In this document: positions 42,475-48,714 of the stretch, one piece after another
Numbering within the stretch: position 1 is the stretch's first letter
Layout: the number at the start of each line of letters is the position of its first letter
NCBI GenBank assembly: GCA_963827235.1
Contig: CAWHAE010000021.1
Location: 1-48,714, forward strand
Reading direction: 5' to 3'
Source of the DNA: an uncultured bacterium
GTDB taxonomy: Bacteria; Chloroflexota; UBA5177; JANWHV01
Length of the DNA stretch: 48,714 nucleotides
Translations under genes and position numbers: made by a program
The notes under the pieces: generated by a model
Told to the model about the DNA's origin: nothing
Databases searched by the model: none
Seen by the model: only the letters and a program-made list of their open reading frames with translations

Positions 42475-43792
42475 CTACTGGATTAGCGAACTAGCCCGTC
42501 GAGGTTCGGCCGTGCCGACGCGGAGGTATTGAATCCCTGCTTCCTGAAGAGAGCGTTGCTGCGCTGCGCTCAGTGCACCACGGCCATCCAGCAGGAGTCG
42601 CAAGCCCGGGAACGACCCAATATCGATATCGCGATACACGCTGTGGTAGGCCTGGACGATCACGACGTCCACCCGTGGCCGAGGCTCAAGATCGACCGGC
42701 TCAAGGTTCATGGCCTGCTGTTCCTTCGAGGTGAGCAGGGGATCGTGCCCGAGTACCCGCGCGCCCCTGTTGGTCAGTTCCTCGCATAGCTTCCTGGCAC
42801 TCGTGTTTGCCGTTTCCCTCACGTTTTCGCGATAGGTCAGCCCCAGAATAAGCACCACGAGATTGTCAAGAGGCCCCAGGGCACGCTCGATGAGGTCGAC
42901 GCCGTGAGCTGCCATGCCGTCGTTGATTCCGCGTGCTAGAGGCGGCAAGCGAAAGCCGCCCCATGATCGAAACAGGAAATATGGGTAGACGGGGATACAA
43001 TGCCCGCCGACTCCGACGCTAGGTGAGTGCACGTGCGAGAACGGCTGCGTGTTCGCGGCGGCGATCACCTCGGCGATATCCAGGCCCAGGTGTTCGGCGA
43101 ACAAAGCGTACTCGTTTGCCAGGGCAATGTTCACGTCACGATACGTCGTCTCTACGAGCTTTACGTACTCCGCGGCCTCGACCGAGGACATCTCCATGAC
43201 GGGGGCATCGAGCACCGTTCGATAGAAGGCGGCGGCGCGCTCCGTACTCTTGCCATCTACACCGCCAACGACCTTGGGGTACGAAGCCAGGTCGCTGAAG
43301 ATCCGGCCCGAGTACACTCGCTCGGGGCTAAAGGCAAGCGAGAAATCATTGCCGACCACCAGGCCGGATCCGCTTTCGAGCCGCGACCCGATGCGCCGGC
43401 GGGTTGTACCCACCGGAACAGTGGTCTCGTAGACCACAAGCGTGCCGGGGCGAAGGCCGGCGCCAACCGCCGACGTGGCATTGTCGAGATGTTGGAAGTC
43501 GACTTCCTTTGCATCGTTCAGCGCCACCGGCACGACGATGAGAATGACGTCGGCTTCGCCGCAAGCCGCGGACGTGTCTGTCGTGGCGATGAACGCTCCA
43601 GATCGTGACCGCGTGCCGTAGCGCGTCCTCAAGACCTGGTTCGGAGACGAACGAGGCAACTCCGTTATTGACCTCTCGCACGACATTTGGGTTGGCATCG
43701 CATCCGGTGACTCGAACGCCTTCCTTGCCGGCGCACTGGAGTGCCAGCGGCAATCCGATCTTGCCGAGCCCGACCACGCACACTCTAAGCAT
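42475..43792 (-). CDS. UDP-N-acetylhexosamine 6-dehydrogenase (WbpA/WecC-like), frameshift near 43605
   Basis: VVGLGKIGLP, ETTVPVGTT, AFSPER, KLVETTYRDVNIALANE, GVGGHCIP. Confidence 0.9.
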
Positions 43793-43856
43793 CGTTACCA
43801 CACCGCCAGAATCATTTCGCTCGCATGCTACTCAGTCACCTGAGCTCAGCCGGCGA

Positions 43857-44879
43857 CTACGCCGCGACCACTGTGCCTGTCCGCCCGGAAGCCACCATCA
43901 GCGTTGCTAGCCTGAGCGCCTCCACACCATCCTGAGCAGATACCGGCAGTTGCCCACAGCTGGCCGGCTGAGTCGAGCCCGCTCTGCGCGCGGTCACGGC
44001 ACTTGTGAAGCTTTCCAGCTCCACGCGAAGCGGCTCCCGCTTCTTGATAAGGTACTTGATCATGCTGCCTTCGCTGACGCCTGTAAGCACGCGCAATGCT
44101 TCCCAGGGCATCTTCGCGTAATCATTGGCAAAGAACATGAGATCCTGGGTCAGGTAGTCGACGACAAACATGCCTCGCTCACCGGTGAGGGTTAGCGTGC
44201 GGACCTTCGTCGGGGTCAGCCAGTTGATGTCGAGAGAAGCCACAACTCCGTTGCGGAATCTCAGCGTACCGCTGACCATGTCCTCGTGCTCGGTATTGAT
44301 CTTCCGCTCGGTCTCCATGAAAACGCGCTCGACCGGGCTATCGAGCAGATAGCGGAGCACATCGATGTCATGGGGTGCAAGGTCCAGAACTACGCCCACA
44401 TCTCGCACTCTCTCTGGAAACGGTCCCAGCCGCCGTACGCTTGCTTGAAAGACCCTGCCCAGCTCGCCCGCGTCCAGTCTGCGCTTCACTTCAGATATGG
44501 CAGGATTGAAGTGCTCGACATGCCCGACGGCCAGCACCACCCCGGTCTCCTGCGCTCGCCGCGACAGTACTTCGCCCTCGTCGATAGTAGACGTGATGGG
44601 CTTCTCCACGAGAGTGTCGACGCCACGCAAGAGGGCGTCCATGGCGACGGTGAAATGCGCGAGCGTGGGCACCGCCACGACCACGCAGTCCGGGCACGCC
44701 TCCTCCAGCATTTCCACGTGCGAGCTGAAGGCGCGCACGCCGTATTTCTTCGGCAGGTCCGTGAGTCGACGCGGATCTTCATCTGCGACCGCCACGAGAT
44801 CCACATCAGGAAGGTCGGACAGTACGCGCAAGTGATTGCGGCCCATCGTGCCGCACCCGACGACCGCTGCTCTCAGCAT
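43857..44879 (-). CDS. Gfo/Idh/MocA sugar 3-dehydrogenase (WbpB/WlbA-like)
   Basis: VVGCGTMGRNH, LVEKPI, VGHVEHFNPA, DVGVVLDLAPHD; gene context. Confidence 0.88.
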   Translation of the reverse strand: MLRAAVVGCGTMGRNHLRVLSDLPDVDLVAVADEDPRRLTDLPKKYGVRAFSSHVEMLEEACPDCVVVAVPTLAHFTVAMDALLRGVDTLVEKPITSTIDEGEVLSRRAQETGVVLAVGHVEHFNPAISEVKRRLDAGELGRVFQASVRRLGPFPERVRDVGVVLDLAPHDIDVLRYLLDSPVERVFMETERKINTEHEDMVSGTLRFRNGVVASLDINWLTPTKVRTLTLTGERGMFVVDYLTQDLMFFANDYAKMPWEALRVLTGVSEGSMIKYLIKKREPLRVELESFTSAVTARRAGSTQPASCGQLPVSAQDGVEALRLATLMVASGRTGTVVAA

Positions 44880-45946
44880 AGCGCGCGCACCTCCTGCACG
44901 ATCTTGTCCAGGTCCTCCGTGGTCAAGCTTGGATGCACCGGAAGGCACAAGGCTTCGCGAGCTGCCTGTTCGGCATGCGGCAACGAATCGGCGTAGCCAA
45001 GACTCTGGTACAAGGGCTGCTGATGTACAGGAATCGGGTAGTGCACTGCTGAGCCGACACCACGCTCACGAAGACCGGCCGCGACCGCATCTCGCCGGCC
45101 GCCCGGTATCCGAACCGTGTATTGGTGGAAGACGTGGCTGTAACCTTCCGGTACCGCCGGCGTCGTCACCACGTCGCGGAGGCCTTTGGTGAGAAACTGC
45201 GCGTTGAACTGACGCTTCGCCGTCCACTCGGCCAGCCGGCCGAGCTGCGCCAGTCCGACCGCGGCGTGAATGTCCGTCATCCGAAGGTTGAATCCCAGTA
45301 TTTCGTGGCGGTATCGCTCCGTCTGGCCGTGGTTGCGCAATTGCCTCACTCTGCCGGCCAGCCGTTCATCGGACGTCGTCAGCATACCGCCCTCGACCGA
45401 GGTGATGTTCTTCGTGGGGTAAAGAGAGAAATTGCCGACGCCGAAAGTACCGACTGCCTTGGCCCCGATAGAAGCACCGTGGGCTTGGGCTGCGTCTTCG
45501 ATGACAGCCAGTCCATGCCTCTGCGCGATCTCGCAAATGCGCGTCATGTTCGCGGGACACCCGTAGAGGTGTACCGGCAGAATCGCCTTCGTTCTTGGTG
45601 TGATCTTCGCTTCGATAGCAGCCGGATCGATGTTGAAGGTGATGGGATCGATGTCCGCAAAGACGGGCCGCGCGCCGACGTACAGCATCACGTTGGCCGA
45701 AGCGATGAACGTGAACGGCGACGTGATCACTTCGTCGTCCTTGCCGATACCGAGCGCAAGCAGGCTCAGGTGCAGCGAGGCCGTCCCTGACGAAGATGCG
45801 ACGGCAAACGGCGAGCCGATCAGTGCTGCAAAACGCCGCTCGAACTCTTCCACTCGCGCTCCTTGCGCGATCTGGCCGGATCTCAGTGCCGCGAGCACTG
45901 CGTCCTCTTCCTCTTTGCCGATGATCGGCCTTGCTACCGGAATCAC
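44873..45946 (-). CDS. DegT/DnrJ/EryC1/StrS aminotransferase (WbpE/WlbC-like)
   Basis: SSGTASLH, PVHLYG, EDAAQAHGA, FSLYPTKN..EGG. Confidence 0.92.
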   Translation of the reverse strand: MIPVARPIIGKEEEDAVLAALRSGQIAQGARVEEFERRFAALIGSPFAVASSSGTASLHLSLLALGIGKDDEVITSPFTFIASANVMLYVGARPVFADIDPITFNIDPAAIEAKITPRTKAILPVHLYGCPANMTRICEIAQRHGLAVIEDAAQAHGASIGAKAVGTFGVGNFSLYPTKNITSVEGGMLTTSDERLAGRVRQLRNHGQTERYRHEILGFNLRMTDIHAAVGLAQLGRLAEWTAKRQFNAQFLTKGLRDVVTTPAVPEGYSHVFHQYTVRIPGGRRDAVAAGLRERGVGSAVHYPIPVHQQPLYQSLGYADSLPHAEQAAREALCLPVHPSLTTEDLDKIVQEVRALC

Positions 45947-46013
45947 AGAGTCACCTCCTCCGAGGCTACAAAACACGACATCTGGTGACGGAGCCGGGAG
46001 CTCACGGTTGTGC

Positions 46014-46676
46014 CTAGCGGCCTCGCGGATTCATCACTTGAGGCACGACAGTGAGATCGCCGCAGCGCGCGCAGATCATGCTCGCGGTTGGCTGAACGTC
46101 GACTTCGCCCGACTGCACTGCGTTTCCGGCAACTTGCTTCTCTGTGGGGTCGACGACGAAAGCCAGTCGACCACCACATGCGCAAACATAGCCCACGAGT
46201 CGCGCCGGGTTCCCCACGACCAGGCCATGGTCCGGCACGTCGCGCGTGACGACCGCGCCCGAGCCAACCATCGCGAAACGACCGACGGTCACGCCCGGAA
46301 GGATGACTGAGGCTGCGCCAATCGAGGAGCCATATCTCAAGGTGATCGGACCGACCTCCCAATCGTCGTTCCCCTTGAGCTCTCCGTTCGGCGAGATCGC
46401 CCTCGGGATACGATCATTGGTGAAGCACACGTGCGGCCCGATGAATACGCCGTCCTCGAGCGTGGCGCCGTGGAATACGCTGACGTTGTTCTGGATCTTG
46501 CAGCGGTCGCCGATATGGACGCCGAAGTCGACGTAGACGTTCTTGCCGACGATGCACTGGCAGCCGATAACCACATCCTCACGGATCTGCACGCCATGCC
46601 AAATGCGGGATCCGGCACCGATGGACGCCGAAGATGCGAATTCCGCCGAAGGGTGAATTCTTGCTGGTCCTAACAT
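46014..46676 (-). CDS. Hexapeptide-repeat N-acetyltransferase (WbpD/WlbB-like)
   Basis: KIQNNVSVF, VFIGPHVCFTND, GAVVTRDVP, VGNPAR, C-terminal CACG...CARCG. Confidence 0.9.
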   Translation of the reverse strand: MLGPARIHPSAEFASSASIGAGSRIWHGVQIREDVVIGCQCIVGKNVYVDFGVHIGDRCKIQNNVSVFHGATLEDGVFIGPHVCFTNDRIPRAISPNGELKGNDDWEVGPITLRYGSSIGAASVILPGVTVGRFAMVGSGAVVTRDVPDHGLVVGNPARLVGYVCACGGRLAFVVDPTEKQVAGNAVQSGEVDVQPTASMICARCGDLTVVPQVMNPRGR

Positions 46677-46683
46677 GCCACAA

Positions 46684-48714
46684 CTATAGCATCGCCACAT
46701 CGCCTGGCAATGAACCAAATGGGCCTGCCTGTAGCTTCCGCCGAACCTTGTCTCGCCGGTCATCGCACAACAGACGCTCGCAGTGCGACGCGATCGGCAT
46801 CCGAGCTGCACTATGCCGTGGGACAGCTCGTCGATGTCGCCTCAGTTCAGCGGGCCTCCGCGGCGGCCCGGCAGGGTCAAGGAACATGCGCGCCCAGAGC
46901 TCCACATTCACCACGCGCCAGATCAGGTCCTGGCGTTGATCTCGCCGGCCAGATGGCGGTTGAACACGTCCAGTACCTGCGCGGCATCGACGAATCCGCG
47001 GCATGCAGGGCTGGCGAGACTCGATGAAGCTCCTTGACCCATCCGCGAAGAGACGTCCTGAACCACGTATCTTCCGGCGTGCTCAATCCTTTCTTGTCGA
47101 GTCGCGTGCGCACTTTCTCCGGCAGACACGCCGCGATGGCGTCCCGCAAGAGGACCTTCGTCAGACCGTGCTCGATGAACGCGGCATTCGGCAGCGGCGC
47201 CATGAACTCGGCGATGCGATAGTCGAGGAACGGCGTGCGCGCCTCGATCGAGAAGGCCATGAGTTGCGATCCTCGTAGTGCAGGAGCGCAGGCAGGCTCG
47301 TCGACGCAATGTGGTTGTAGAGCAGCGTCTTGAGCTTGCCGGCCCGAGATCGTGCCACATGTCGCTCGGCCGATAGCCGGCAGCGGTCTCGCTATTGAGC
47401 ACGCGAGCGCCGAGCCGTCGTGACCGGTAGAGGTTTCGCAGGCCTTGCAGGGCGGCAGTAGACGGCGGCAAGAGCGCGTTGACCAGCAGCGCAGCCGGTG
47501 CCGGCCAGCCTGGAGCGTGATATCGCCGATAGAACCGGAGGTCGCGCGCGAGCTGGCCGGGCGGAACGACAGCAGGTCGTCGGCAAGGGCCGCCGAAGTA
47601 GTAGTGGTACCCGGCCAGCAGCTCATCTGCCCCCTGTCCATCGAGCAGCACGTGACGCCTCGGCGGTGTGCCGCCTCCATGACGTGCCACTGCGCCAGGT
47701 GCTGGTCGAGCCGAAGGCTCATCCTGGTGCCGGATCGCCTGCGGAATGAGCTCCTCCAGTGAGGCGTGCTTGCCCGGGAACATGAAGTTGGCCTCGGCCC
47801 CGGTGGCGTCAAGGACGGCCTGTATGAACGTCCGCTCGTCGTGACGTTCGTCGTCGTAACAGGCCGAGAACGTCTTCTGCCGCTGGCCGCGTTCGTGCCA
47901 CTGGAGCCCGGCATCGTCGTTGAAGAGCAGCCGGTTTGCCAGGCAGACGATGGTCGATGAATCGAGGCCACCGCTGAGACACGTGCCGACCGGCACGTCG
48001 GCCTGCAGCCGCAGCCGCACCGAGTCCTCCAGCAGATCGCGGAGATCGGCGGCCCAACGCCTGCGTTCGCTCGCACACGGCTGCGCCTTGGTCTCGCACG
48101 TATCTGGTAGAACGTCCCAGTAGCGGTGCAGGTCGTCTTGCCTCGCTCAAGCACCAGGTAGTGCGCGGCGGGCAGTTGCATGACGCCTTCGAAGCACGTC
48201 TGATCCGTGTGGTCAAGGAGACCGATGGACAAGAAGTCCAGGATCATCTGCCGGTTGGCACGCCGCGGCACCACCGGATCCTGGAGCAGAGCCTTGATCT
48301 CCGAGGCAAAGACGAAGTCACCGGTGTGTTCACCATGCACATAGTAGAGCGGCTTGACGCCGAAGCGGTCGCGCGCGCAGAACAGCCTCTCGCGCTCTGC
48401 CGTCCCAGAGGGCAAACGCGAACATGCCGTTGAAGCGATGGACGCACTCCACTCCCCACTCCTCATAGGCGTGAATGATGGTCTCCGTATCGGTACGCGA
48501 CCGAAAGGCGTGGCCGCGCGCCTTCAGCTCCGACACGAGCGGCTGATAGTTGTAGATCTCGCCGTTGAACACCAGCCAGATCGTGCCGTCCTCGTTTGAC
48601 ATGGGCTGGTGCCCGGCTGGGGAGAGGTCAACAATGGCAAGACGACAGAAGCCGAGCTGGATGGCGCCCTCAACATGTATGCCGCGGTCATCGGGTCCGC
48701 GGTGCTCCAATACC
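46684..48714 (-). CDS. asnB: Asparagine synthase (glutamine-hydrolysing)-like amidotransferase, 5' partial, multiple frameshifts
   Basis: HRGPDD, RLAIVDLS, FNGEIYNY, RDRFGVKPLYY, LSGGLDSS, DGQGADEL, EARTPFLDY. The 3' end is uncertain. Confidence 0.88.

Overview
High-GC bacterial chromosomal window, most consistent with a Chloroflexota-like monoderm (inferred from the GAAC-N4-GTTC LexA box, a FemAB-type ligase, DUF2089 and a PknB-type kinase). Many genes, including essential gyrA, are broken by single-base indels, which points to an unpolished long-read or metagenome assembly rather than real decay. From left to right: a partial IS630-family element; a decayed receiver/His-kinase relic; csbD; a structured intergenic segment resembling the 5' half of OLE RNA; a long minus-strand run (sugar isomerase, Gfo/Idh/MocA oxidoreductase, quinone reductase, His phosphatase, greA, coaE, sucC, MBL hydrolase, FemAB); rho with a ~510-aa low-complexity N-terminus; an AEC transporter; two haem-related radical SAM enzymes; a Ser/Thr kinase; pgeF; an M42 peptidase; gyrA coupled to a REC-GGDEF gene; lexA; a GAF His kinase; thiD; an M48 metalloprotease with two dynamin-like GTPases; GT87; an rfbACBD operon split by an RHH-RelE/ParE toxin-antitoxin pair; and a convergent asnB plus wbpDEBA-like diacetamido-uronate cluster. 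The two strongest candidates for new biology are a compact OLE-like ncRNA without oapA (2531-2760, minus strand) and the protease-dynamin-dynamin operon (32264-36900), which recalls the mitochondrial OMA1-OPA1 pair. All family calls come from motif recognition by eye; no searches were run.
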